From Dudresnaya verticillata (Eukaryota), in NCBI GenBank assembly GCA_977862235.1, contig OZ374562.1, positions 2,170,001 through 2,234,000 on the forward strand: a stretch of DNA of 64,000 bases. Direction: 5' to 3'. Made by a program: the position numbers and the translations under genes. This document shows positions 35,993 to 46,854 of this stretch, in pieces (positions within the stretch are counted from its first letter, which is position 1; each line of letters begins with the position of its first letter). The notes under the pieces were generated by a model. It ran no database searches, was not told the origin of the DNA, and saw only the letters and a program-made list of their open reading frames with translations.

Positions 35993-37723
35993 TCATTCCT
36001 TGCTCCCAACTGTCCGTCGCAGCTTAAGATTCTCTTGCCGCAACGACACTTCCTTCTCTCGCAACTGCCGTACTCGTTCCCGAATGTCTTCCAGGTCCGA
36101 GATCAAGCTTTCGCGCTTGAATTTCCTCTTCATATTGGACCTTTGAGCTGCGGCCCGATTTCGTTCTCTCCGCAGCTGCGCCTTGACCCTTCTCTCCGCC
36201 AACAGCTCTGCTTCGCGGTTTGCTTCGTTAGGCACGCTCTCATGCGTTTGCGAGTCTGCAATGGATCGCGTATCATTGTCAAGGATTGCTACGCTGTGGT
36301 TTGAATCTGCTGCTGTTCCGCCTAGCACCTCTGCGGGACAACTTGGCTGAAAAGGTGATGAGGCAGATTCTACTTCCCTTGCCTGGTTGGTTTCTTCGGT
36401 ACCAGGCTCATCGCCCTGCACCCCATGGTCCCCCACAGCAGTACAAGGGTGGGCACTCGAAGCTGCGTGTGCTTCTTGTGCGTTGCGCCGATCACTCTGA
36501 GGCTCTGCTGCATGCGATTGCGAGGCCGTATGCAAAGACGCGCGTTCCGATGGTGGCAGGGACAAGTCATCCAAGCGTGGCTCATCGAGATGCTCCTGCG
36601 GCAGCTCGGTAATGAGCACATCGTCGGGGATACCGATAAGGAACTCGTTAAGAATGTCACAGTCGCCACCGGCACCGTCTTCCACGGCATGCTGGACGAG
36701 GCCAAGCTCCTCCCAGACGGAGTCGTCCGCAGCGGCCCGCGCGGGGCATTCAACGCGGACGGCGGAGTGTCGCGGGTCAGGCGGGGTACGACCATGGTGT
36801 GATGAGACGACCCATGCGCGCGCATCGCGCACGAAGCCGGGGTCAATGAGGCCCTCGCAGGTAACGCGTGTGGCGAGGACGAGATGGCGCGGGGCGCCGT
36901 CAAGGAAGGAGAGCTTGTTGGCTGTAGAGGTGTGTACACCAAGCAGCGGGGCCATTGAACGCTTGAAGAAGGCTGCATCGAACGGGTGGCGTGGCTGCTC
37001 GGATGACGATGCATACTCACACGCGCACGCTGTTGCGCCGCACTCGGTACATGCGTGGTGCAGGTCCTCGATCTGCAGGAAGAGCATGGCGGGGACGAGG
37101 CTTTGGGCTGGCGGGACGGGGCCGTCGGGGTTGACCAGGGCGCGCATGGTGTCGCGGTGGAACAGGAGGGTGGTGGAGGTGGAGAGCGTGGGGGTCTGGC
37201 GGGCCGTGTGCACGAGCAGGACACATCCGGTGTTGGGGGAGTCGTACAGCTCGCACTGGGCACGGGTGGCGTGGTCGCGCACGAAGCGGAAGGTAACCGT
37301 GTCGGAACAGCCGGGTTGCCAGAGGGGGAAGGGGCCCGCATGGGCGAGGTGGTTGGCGCAGTCCCATACGCCGAAGCCAGCGGTTGTGGAGGAGAGCGTG
37401 AAGGCCGGGAGGTAGAGTGTGCGTCCACGGAGGTGGTGGGTTTCGGGGATTGTTTCGTGGGCGGGGAGCGGGGTGGCCGGGGCGGCTCGTGTGGTAGTTG
37501 TGGAGAGGGTCAGCGCGTTTTGGGAGAGAGTGGGAGAGGAGAGGTACGGAAGGTGGATGGGGTCCGGGGTTAGCAGGAAGGAGCGGATCCAGTCGGTCCG
37601 GAGCAGCGAGAGGATTGGGGAGAGGTGTGCGGAGGGGGACGGCGGGGACGGGAGCGCGGACGGGATTTGCAAGGTGAGGAGGTGGTTGAGCTGCGACGGG
37701 GTTGGGAGAGCTGGTGGGACCAT
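35993..37723 (-). CDS. bZIP transcription factor, paralogue of 33451-35247 (576 aa)
   Basis: RRERNRAAAQRSNMKRK plus zipper. Shares PETHHLR, AGFGVxDCAxHL, FRFVRD, CxxC...CxC...PRHPFD motifs with the paralogue. Confidence 0.85.
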   Translation of the reverse strand: MVPPALPTPSQLNHLLTLQIPSALPSPPSPSAHLSPILSLLRTDWIRSFLLTPDPIHLPYLSSPTLSQNALTLSTTTTRAAPATPLPAHETIPETHHLRGRTLYLPAFTLSSTTAGFGVWDCANHLAHAGPFPLWQPGCSDTVTFRFVRDHATRAQCELYDSPNTGCVLLVHTARQTPTLSTSTTLLFHRDTMRALVNPDGPVPPAQSLVPAMLFLQIEDLHHACTECGATACACEYASSSEQPRHPFDAAFFKRSMAPLLGVHTSTANKLSFLDGAPRHLVLATRVTCEGLIDPGFVRDARAWVVSSHHGRTPPDPRHSAVRVECPARAAADDSVWEELGLVQHAVEDGAGGDCDILNEFLIGIPDDVLITELPQEHLDEPRLDDLSLPPSERASLHTASQSHAAEPQSDRRNAQEAHAASSAHPCTAVGDHGVQGDEPGTEETNQAREVESASSPFQPSCPAEVLGGTAADSNHSVAILDNDTRSIADSQTHESVPNEANREAELLAERRVKAQLRRERNRAAAQRSNMKRKFKRESLISDLEDIRERVRQLREKEVSLRQENLKLRRTVGSKE

Positions 37724-38436
37724 CTTGGCGATGGGGGTGGAGTGGGGGGTGGCGGAGTGCGGATGGGGAGGGCGCAGGCGGGTGGGGTTCGTATCGTGAA
37801 GCACTGGTGCCAGGAGGAGATGGAGTTGGAGCGCATGAGATTTTTTGGCGCAGGAAGCGCGGCGGGTGATGTTCTGCTCCCATTGGCTGTGTCTCGCCAT
37901 TGCTGCCTGGAAACGCACGGCGCGCGGGTGGGCCAATGGAGTGGCGACATCCTCGCGGCGACGAGAAAATATCTGCTGTTATCTTCGAAAAATATCCGCA
38001 AAACAAGATGTCCCAAAAATAACCACCATAAAGGTTTGTCAATGGCCAGGACCCTGTCAACAATGTTGTCGTTGCTGGCGGCGTTCGGTACCTTCACACG
38101 GTGTTTATCCACACGTGTGGAGTGTTGAGCAATGAGCAACGGGCGGCTTCCGTTCTTGTGCAGCGTGGGTCCGAATTCGTCAAGAGCGCTGCCAGCTGTT
38201 TAGAAACACAGTGCTGCCGTCCACTACTGCGACTGTTCCGCGCCGCAGATGCCTTTTTCCGTGTCCCGTCCGTCAAGCCTCTCGCCGGCACCACCATTCC
38301 GCAATTGAGCGGACACCATGCTGGCTACGGCAATATGTCGACTGTGAGCGGTTTTCTCATGACCTTCTAGTGCTGCCCTTTTAGTACACCCGTGCTCTGC
38401 TACATTAACCTTCTTTCCAACTCATGCATCTCCCAT

Positions 38437-38442
38437 TATAAA
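38437..38442 (+). promoter_or_regulatory. Putative TATA box of CK1 copy 1
   Basis: TATAAA about 100 bp upstream of ATG 38539. Confidence 0.4.
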
Positions 38443-38538
38443 GGTTACACCTCGCATCTACTTTCCTTCTCCTACAGATCCTCACAGACAAGAAAACTCT
38501 GTGCCATCACCACGACACTAGCACAACTTCAACCAACC

Positions 38539-39516
38539 ATGGGTGGCATCGCTAGTCAACCGAACCATTCTCTCCTAACCCAAAGCACACAGCCAGACCC
38601 TCTGCCAGGCGCCACAATGTCCACATCTCCAGCTCAGCCATCACAATCCGACTCGCTGATCGACGGTTGCTGGGAACTTTCTAAGCGCATTGGTCGCGGT
38701 TTTCACGCATATGTTCATTTAGGCATTAACGCAGTCACTGGTGGGGAAGTCGCTGTGAAGGTCGAGGAGCAGGGCCTTCCCGACCCGAAACTAGCACACG
38801 AGTATCTCATGTACAAGGTACTGCACAATGTCATGGATGAGCCGCGGGGCTTCGCGCGCCCCTTGTACTATGGCTCGCACAACGGAAAGAACGTCCTCGT
38901 CATAGACCGCCTCGGGCCATCTCTTCAGGACGTCGTGAATTCCATGAGCGCCCTCCCACTCCAATCGACCCTTTCCTTCGCCGTTCAGGCCCTCGAACGG
39001 CTGGCACACATGCATGATCGAAATCTTCTCCACCGCGATGTCAAGCCCAGTAACTTTGTTATGGGGGTTGGAGAGGAGAACCAGCTCATATATCTGATTG
39101 ATTTCGGGCTCTCGAAGCGATTTCTTTATGAGATGTCTACGAGACATATACCGTTCTCCACGGCGAATCGTACTGTTGGAACGGCACAGTTCGCTTCGAT
39201 CAACTCGCATCTAGGATATGAACAGTCGCGCAGGGATGACCTCGAGTCCCTCGGTTATACGATTGTGTATCTTTTCAAGGGTACATTGCCGTGGATCAAT
39301 CACTCTGGTAGCGGCGGACAGCCAACAGAAAGACAGATATGCTTGTTAAAGCAGAAAACTTCTATTGAAGAGTTGTGTGAAGGGATGCCCGACGCCATTC
39401 ACCGCTACTTTATGGAAGTTAAAGCATTGGCATTCACTGAGGAACCTCGCTACAATGACCTTCATGACATGCTTTATGATGCCTTGGATACTGAACTGGA
39501 GCAACAAGAGAGTTGA
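38539..39516 (+). CDS. CK1: Casein kinase 1 family kinase, copy 1 (325 aa, no C-terminal tail)
   Basis: VAVK, LGPSL, HRDVKPSN, DFG, GTAQFASIN, SRRDDLES, LPW. Gly loop is GRGFHA. Confidence 0.92.
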   Translation: MGGIASQPNHSLLTQSTQPDPLPGATMSTSPAQPSQSDSLIDGCWELSKRIGRGFHAYVHLGINAVTGGEVAVKVEEQGLPDPKLAHEYLMYKVLHNVMDEPRGFARPLYYGSHNGKNVLVIDRLGPSLQDVVNSMSALPLQSTLSFAVQALERLAHMHDRNLLHRDVKPSNFVMGVGEENQLIYLIDFGLSKRFLYEMSTRHIPFSTANRTVGTAQFASINSHLGYEQSRRDDLESLGYTIVYLFKGTLPWINHSGSGGQPTERQICLLKQKTSIEELCEGMPDAIHRYFMEVKALAFTEEPRYNDLHDMLYDALDTELEQQES

Positions 39517-40397
39517 TCACAATTTGTGTAGCGCAGAAAACTTGTTACTGAATATCGGCAGGACTCACCCTGAGTTTCGTTACACAGAGTTGCTAGGGAA
39601 TTAGATACCTCATTCATAGCTTTTTAACAGTAAAATTGATGCCTCTTTAGCTCTACCATTTTATAGAGTAGCCCATTGCATAGAGGAAGAGTATCTGTGC
39701 AAAAGAGATTGACTCTTACTCGGATGCATTTGCATCCTCTGTGGACTACTACTACATACAGATACGACTGCGCAGGATCTTAAGTAGGGAGAATAGCTGC
39801 ATAAAACTGTAGATACTTACTGAGTAGGATATTGAGAAGGAAGAAGAATCACGGCACAACACCAACAGCAAGCAAAGTCACAAGAGGACTGGCAATAGAT
39901 TTGTGGCTTGTTTTGCTTGGTCCGCCATAGAGGTCGAGGGGTTCGAGTCTTTGGGCGTGTATTCTTCGTACGTGAGTGTTGGAGATTATTATTCTGCAAC
40001 TATTTGTTTGAAGCGAAGGGGAATAGCTGGATAGTAGTGCAGTGTAGCTAGCTAGCCCGTAGAACAGTACTTAAGCTAGCATGTTATTGTAGTTTGGTGA
40101 AGTGTTCATTGTTTGTGGTTTAGCGGGAATGAAAGAATGGCTATTGGTCATTTCCCGGGCAACACCCCGTCGATCAAGATTGAGCATGCTTCTACTTCTG
40201 AGCCTCCCGTTGTCTTCTGCCAGTGAAACTACACCGACGAGGCCCCACGATGTCAAAGTCCTGGATTCTCCTTTCGAACAATGCTTTACCATGAAATCTA
40301 TCTGTTGCCAACTGCGCTAGCCACACCTAAGATACGCTATCTTCCTTTTCTGCACGGAATCTAGAAGACTTGGTTCATGTTCCAGCGTTTTAAAATC

Positions 40398-41339
40398 TTA
40401 AACCCACGAGAAGCGCTCATCGTTCCTGTTGCCATTTTCCACCAAAGCCGTCACCAAAAGATCTCTGAGAAAGGAGTACTGTGGTCGTTCGGTGTATCCG
40501 AGCTCCCTGACATGTCGATAGAAGGATTGAAGCTGTACCGGCATTCCTTGAAGGAGTTCATCAGCAGTCATGTTCGCTTTGATCCTCCCCACTTCATGCT
40601 CTGCTAGCTTCTCGGATTCACCAGGTGTGTCCCAGGGCAAGAATCCTTTAAACATGTCGACTAGACAATACAAGACCGATTCGAGGTCATCCCTTCTCGA
40701 CGGCTGATTCCTCTGATGCGTGTTGATGGAGGCGTACTTACGCGACCCGGAAAATCCGCTTGACGTTCTGTTCGCATAGTGTGCCTTTGTGTGCGCGCAG
40801 CGATACCTCTTCGAAATTCCAAAGTCAACAAGGTAGATCTTGTCAACATCCGTCAGCCCGAGAAGAAAGTTTTCCGGCTTGATGTCGCGATGAACAAAGT
40901 CCTTGTTGTGTAGAAACTCAATTCTCGAAATGAACTGCATCCCAGCCAAAAGAACATCCTTGAGCAGCATCTTGCGGAGGGGAAACAAAGACTTCGCGGA
41001 CTCGAGTGACTGTCCAAGACGATTCATGACGAGCACCTGGCAGTTTTGACCAAAACTACGGTACAGACCGTAGTAGAGAATACTCGCGAAACCGCTCTCT
41101 GGAGTGCTAGATTGAAGCGCGCGGTACACGAGATACTCGTTCGATAGTGTGCGGTACTCTTCCGACTGTCGTTCGAGCTTCACGGCTACCTCCGCATTTG
41201 TCTGCACGTCCACGGCGATACGCACCTCTCCGAACGAGCCGGTGCCGAGCAAGCTTTGCTTCATGCTCCAGCGGTTGTCGATTAGAGGTGCAGCTTCTGG
41301 TGATACGGGCGGGGCGTGGGGGGTGGATGGGCTCGCCAT
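40398..41339 (-). CDS. CK1: Casein kinase 1 family kinase, copy 2 (313 aa)
   Basis: GTGSFG, VAVK, HRDIKPEN, DFG, YASIN, SRRDDLES. Ends FSWV-stop. Confidence 0.93.
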   Translation of the reverse strand: MASPSTPHAPPVSPEAAPLIDNRWSMKQSLLGTGSFGEVRIAVDVQTNAEVAVKLERQSEEYRTLSNEYLVYRALQSSTPESGFASILYYGLYRSFGQNCQVLVMNRLGQSLESAKSLFPLRKMLLKDVLLAGMQFISRIEFLHNKDFVHRDIKPENFLLGLTDVDKIYLVDFGISKRYRCAHTKAHYANRTSSGFSGSRKYASINTHQRNQPSRRDDLESVLYCLVDMFKGFLPWDTPGESEKLAEHEVGRIKANMTADELLQGMPVQLQSFYRHVRELGYTERPQYSFLRDLLVTALVENGNRNDERFSWV

Positions 41340-41482
41340 GGCTTTCTTGGGAGGTGAAATGTGGTGTGCTGTGGCGTGGCTTTGCAGATACAGCTTTCAG
41401 AAGAGCTGAGGCGGGAAATTGGGTTGGGCTGGGTTTGTGGCAGGCTGGTGTTGGCGAGGGGCGGGTGGCACGGAGGGATAGC

Positions 41483-41490
41483 TTTATATA
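41483..41490 (-). promoter_or_regulatory. Putative TATA box of CK1 copy 2
   Basis: TATATAAA about 145 bp upstream of the ATG. Confidence 0.45.
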
Positions 41491-41769
41491 TTCTTCTGGT
41501 GCTCGGAGACTTCGGGAGCGGGCGGAGAGATAGAGGATTTCCCGCCTCTGCGTCCTTGGCCGACGACGCCTTCGTGGCGGGAAAGGGATCAGCTTAACAT
41601 TTGAATTTATCACACAAAAGGCTGTTTTCCTGAATAGGCGGCCAGCCCCGCTGCACTGTACGTGACGACATCCGTATGTTCCGCAGCAATCCATTGACAT
41701 CTATGCCACACAGGCAATGACTCTAGTTTTACCTTTCGCAGCAGGGAACGTCACTCTATGGAATAAACA

Positions 41770-43050
41770 AGAGATGGAGACCTTTATGCATAGGAAAGAC
41801 TACAGCCCCGTAAGGGGGCTTATCTACAACTCATCTGAAAGGCGACGGTCGAAGAGTAAACGGCGGTTAACAGCCACCGCGACAGATTGAAGTACAAGAG
41901 AGGTGAGGTGGGTGAGAAGAGATAGTTTCTCAGATATCGGCGAAGTACCCTTCATAGCAGCTAGGAAATTCGCCACGCGCTGAGCGCCTCGCTCGAACCC
42001 AGAACCAATGGCACCATAGATGTCCATCACCATAGGATGGAGTTCTATCCGGTTGGTAGAACATAAGCGACGATGGAATAAACAAGAAATCCCAGGCACT
42101 CCTAGCGGCTGCCTAGGCACTATAGACTACTCTCCAGCTTCGCACGAGCTTGCACCGGCGGGATTAGATCCTACCACCTCCATGGCGGACCAAGCAAGAA
42201 GAAACCACTAAGCTATTGCCGCTTCCTTGTGGCTTTGTTTGGTGAAAAGCTGTGGTGCTCCCTACTTAAGATCCTAGCTTCAGTGGGTATCAACAGTTTA
42301 TAGCTCTAATGCAGCAGAGGGGATACTATAATGCGGCAATTGATGCCGAGAACAGTATTAAGAAGCAAGATTTCTGTTGCCCCGCGTAAGCTCGCCTTAA
42401 ACATGGAGTTCAGTTTACCATCGTAAAGGGGAGTGGAGATAGAGGAGAGAAACCATGCGTTCTTTCACGCATCGGCGTTGTAGTTTCCTCTCTAGGCACT
42501 AAAAAACATTTCTTCTTCAAGATATAAGGGGGTTTCATTAAAACAGCTGAGATGGGCTCTACGAAGCCCCATGAACGAAATCAGCAAACGGACCGCGGAT
42601 ACTATCGAACGTCGATTGACTGCTAAACATTGATATCGAAGGGGATGGCTTACAATGCGGATGATTAGAGCTCTGGTTTCAGCAGACAGGCCGTTGCAGC
42701 GGATCTCACTCGCAAAACATCCAATAAATCGAAGCGCCGGGTACAAGTACCAACGGCACGTTTGAACCGTCGATGTTCATCAACAAGATCGAGCTCGTGG
42801 GGTGAGACTCATGCCACGCTTTCAAGTGCACTGGTGCAGCCAATTGACATGGGCGCCGTTGCAGCTCCGACCTGCGCATTTTCCTGCACAGCGTCGCTCC
42901 GCATATGTAGAATACCGGAAGGATACATCTGGGGAAAACGTGCCGACAGCATGCTAAGATCCCCTAGCGACTGAAGGCGCATGGGAGCGTTCTGACAGGC
43001 GCTGCTAACGCGAAGCTTCAATTCAGGGTCACCGCTTCCAACTGCTCTAG
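41770..43050 (-). mobile_element. 3' remnant of a non-LTR retrotransposon with restriction-like endonuclease (CRE/NeSL-like)
   Basis: LHPMVMDIYGAIG...SEKLSLLTHLTSLVLQSVAVAVNRRL resembles the C-terminus of RLE elements. The 3' tip is shared with 55235-55263 and 59833-59871. 5' boundary approximate. Confidence 0.6.
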
Positions 43051-43153
43051 CTTTATGCTTTCGTAAAGTGACGTTTACCCCCGCTTCCAACAACCAACAC
43101 GACCCCAACTCAGGGCCACCACTTCCAATGACCAACACGACCCCGGCTTGAAG

Positions 43154-44470
43154 ATGCAATCCCAAAATCCGACCATGTTGGACCGCGAGCAATGCCAATC
43201 GGGAGCAGAGCAGCTGCGATATTCCACCTCATCTACCACAAGCAGGACCGAGTGGCTCTCCAAAGCTGGCCCGAACGACCCGGAGGAACAGTTCTATCAT
43301 ACTCTTGATCTAGTGCACGGTACGGTGACAACCGCACGTGATCCCGCATGCGCTGCAGAGATGCTGGAGCACGTCTTGTCGACAAGCGGCAACCCGGCAG
43401 CGTTGTACAACTCGGCACAGCTGCTACACTCCGGGCCTGTCGGGCTCCCAGCGGACATGCCGCGAGCCGTGGAATTGTATCAGCTCGCCGCAGATGAATC
43501 AGACGAAATCGACGCGATCTTCAACCTAGGCATGATTTACAAGCATGGAAACTTGCGACGGCCTGCACGATGGTAGGCAGCGGAGGTTGGCTCTCGCGGG
43601 CAGCCTGACCCAGCGCTGGCGACCGAGTTTTTCGAACGAGCACTGGTTTGTGAAGGGCATGTTGGCTCCATGGTTATCCTGGTAAACATGCTCACGAACG
43701 GTATAGGTGGGGTGCGGGCAGACGCAAAGCGTGCAATTGAGGTTTACGAGCGCACTGAGGAAGAGAATTGTGACGCCGATGCGCTCTTCAATCATGTGCT
43801 CCTGCTGGAGACTGGCTAGGAGAATGGGGAAGTTCGAAATGACCCACCTCGCGCGGCAAGACTGTACCGCCTTGCTGAGGATGAGCGGTGACGGTGATTT
43901 AGATTCGATTAACTTTGCGTTGCTGTTAGCCAATGGTGCGGAAGGGGTGGGCAGAGACTTGCTGGCCGAAGAAGAGATGAATTAGGGTGCGAACACGAAG
44001 TACAATCTGGGATAGTTGTACGAGAAGGGCGCTGATGGTGTTGGCAGGTCATTCGCTAGCGCTAGGCGGTTATTCGTGCAACTTGTTTCCGGAGATGGGG
44101 ATTAGATGCAATGGTGAGTTTAGCCAATCTTTTAGAACAAGGAGACGCTGAAACAGGAGTAGAGAAGGACTGAGCTGAAGCCTTGCGTTTGTGTGAGCAG
44201 GCCATCGGCAATGGAGCTGCAGACGGTGCTCTGACTGGCCTTGCTGAACTTCTTCTGAACGACAGTACGAAAGCAGTAGAGAGAGATGGAAAACGGGTTG
44301 TGGAACGGGTTGTGGACCTGCTTGAGCGAGCCATAGAAGAGCATGGGAGTATGGAGGCCATGCCGTCTCTTGCCCAGTTTCTGCAGAAGGGATCTGATGG
44401 AGTTAGCGCGGATATCGACTGGGATAAAGTGTTGCATGAAACAGCGCTGGGTCAAGATAGAGAACATGTG
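43154..44470 (+). pseudogene. SEL1-like repeat protein pseudogene
   Basis: Repeated ALYNSAQLLHSGPVGLPADMPRAVELYQLA, AIFNLGMIYKHG, NFALLLANGAEGV, VDLLERAIEEHGSMEAMPSLAQFLQKGSDGV units, with many stops and frameshifts. Confidence 0.8.
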
Positions 44471-45318
44471 GGCGAGTTGTGGTTCAGCCCTGGGAACAGT
44501 CTGCTTCCCAAGGCCGAACAAATCATCCACAATTTGCAGCATACTGCCTAAGTTCCTCGTTGTGACAGAAAGTATCGGGATCTCAAGCTGGATGGGAACG
44601 CTTCCAAGTACAAAAGTGGGCGTGAACATCGTCATAGCAGTCGACGAAGGACAGGCCGGGGAACGCAAGTGCAGATTCTTTAGCCCCAACCAGTGCGGCA
44701 GGCGTTCTGCAACGAGAACGTTAGGCGTTCTGCTCCGAGAATCGCGCGATCCAGGCGAGACGCGCGAGGCAGCCAGGAGAAAGAAGCTCGTGCCGGACAG
44801 GCTTAGGAGTCAAAGCCTTTGACACGCAGCGATAGAGTGGCAACCCGCCACCGCGCTGCAGAACGCCATTGAGATATTTGCCAATCCCTGTAATCCAATT
44901 CGTTGTTTCCTACTCGTGGCTTACAGTATGTACCTGTTTCGGACTCAACTGCTGAAATCCGACAGGAAGGAGCGCCACTGCTACGAGCAGCTCCATTGAT
45001 AAAAAATCGCCATTTCCGATTCCACGAAGCTCCCAGGCTTCGGCTTGGCCAAATATCATTTCACGTTCGAGCCAGCGAAGCTCTGCAGCTTGGTCTTCTC
45101 CATTTCCGCCAACACCAACAACTCAACACTTTCACGCCTGCTTTTGCGCCATAGCTGAATAGCTCTTCCTACGCCGCTTCTAGAACGCATCCTCCCGTTC
45201 TAGCGCCGTCTTCGCGATCAGCACCACGATCGCTCGCAATCCGAAGCTGCTACGCGGTGAGGCTCTCCCAAGCGCCATGTTGGTCCCAGTGGTCGCGCAT
45301 CCATCGCTGAACGAAGTA

Positions 45319-45384
45319 ACTGCGGCGCTCCAGCAGCTTGCGGCCTACAGCCCTGTAGGCTGCAAGCTGCTGGAGCGCGGCAGT
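45319..45384. repeat. Near-perfect fold-back hairpin
   Basis: 45325-45350 pairs with 45353-45378 (one G-T pair), extendable by ACTGC/GCAGT. Confidence 0.9.
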
Positions 45385-46854
45385 ATGTGCCCTGTAGACA
45401 GGGCTACTGGGATTTTCATTCCCGAGTCAAGCAGCGCGGCAGTTACTTTGTAGGCTTGTACACAAGGCTGGAGGTGATTTGCTCTCGAAGCGGTTCTACG
45501 CTAGGGAAGGTTCGAAGATCCTGCTGTATTGAACGCGCAATGCCGGGGGTACTTTCTGTTTTTCCATGCGGCCGCTGCTTGTGTTGCGGTTCTCACGCGT
45601 CCGGAACTGACTTTTCTGCCGTAAGGGCGAGCCTCATTCACGCGCTAAACCTGCGCAGCTGTTTGCGATATTGATATGGGCGGGCCGTGAAGCTCAAGAT
45701 ACGTTTCTGGGCGACTTGAGTGCCGTTCTGAAGGATTCAAGGGTATCGATGATGACATATCTTGTTATGGAAGAGAACATGTTTCCGATCGCGCATAGCT
45801 GCGAGGAACCGAGCTGATGGTGAGGCGGCAACACTTGGAGATCGCGGCCAGATACCAAGTTCGACGTCGCTGCTCTACCGTTGCTGCAGAGGCTAAGTCA
45901 TGTTAAAGGGTTTCGTACGAATCAAAGCTCACGTAACGTGAGCCCATCGGGCACTGGAGCCCAGTTGGAGAAAAGGCAACTGTGAAGAAGCTGAGTGTTG
46001 TATGTGGACATGCAGGAGTTTCCGCAACCAAGCCCGGGGAGGTCTGTTTTAGCAGTGTCACTGTGTGACATGAATTGCACTGCCTCGGATGGGTGTGGGA
46101 GAAGAGCATGGGAATGATCCTGAACACTAAGGACCCATTTATTCGTAAGATTGGGCATGGGTCCGTCACTTCGCGAGCTGCATGTTTGGTAGTTGCAGCA
46201 GTTTAAGAAGTAGTGGCCCCTTGAGGTACCAAACAACAGGGTTGTCGCAACGGAAGCTTTGGTGAGTTGCGCTGAACAAGAGATGAGGAAAATCATCTTC
46301 GTTTGGGCACATGGTGCGACTGAAAGCCCGGTTTGTATCAGCGCTGGGGAAGCATGGCAAGGAGCGAAGGCGCGTCGCACGCGAACTCATGCCTCACAAT
46401 GTAGGGTCTTTGGCGGCACTGCTGCCCGACTGTCGTATTCGAATACAAGCCCGCCTTGAGCCTTGCTAGTGAAGTTTGATTTATTGGTATTTTGTTTAGA
46501 GTGGTCCTGCGCTAGTGGGAGCAGTCGAAGGGCTCAACGGGGTACAGGTGTATGATGGACATGTCCGGTTCCGTAACATTTCGAACCGACGAGACGTATC
46601 GCGCGTCTCCAAAAAAAATCGGGCTGACTACCCACGACTGGGGCATCCGTGAGTGCTGTGCCATGACGAAGAGAGAAAGAAGCGGCGAGGCGACGCTCCC
46701 CCAGATCATGAGATGCAACACTCTCCGTTGTAAAAGGAACTAGCAAGAGACAAGCAAGAGCGGAGTGCTTCTTCAGGCATGGGTTCTTTTCCAAGCAATG
46801 CTCAGACCACGCTGCTCCGGCACCACTGCCTTCCGCGCCAGACCACCAACCACC

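Noticed and set aside
33033..38139. Many long overlapping ORFs on other frames and strands of the bZIP genes
   Set aside because: GC-rich shadow ORFs with no motifs.
45900..46800. Possible gene divergent from the alkaline phosphatase (PA or RING-like)
   Set aside because: Short fragmented ORFs; motifs not convincing.
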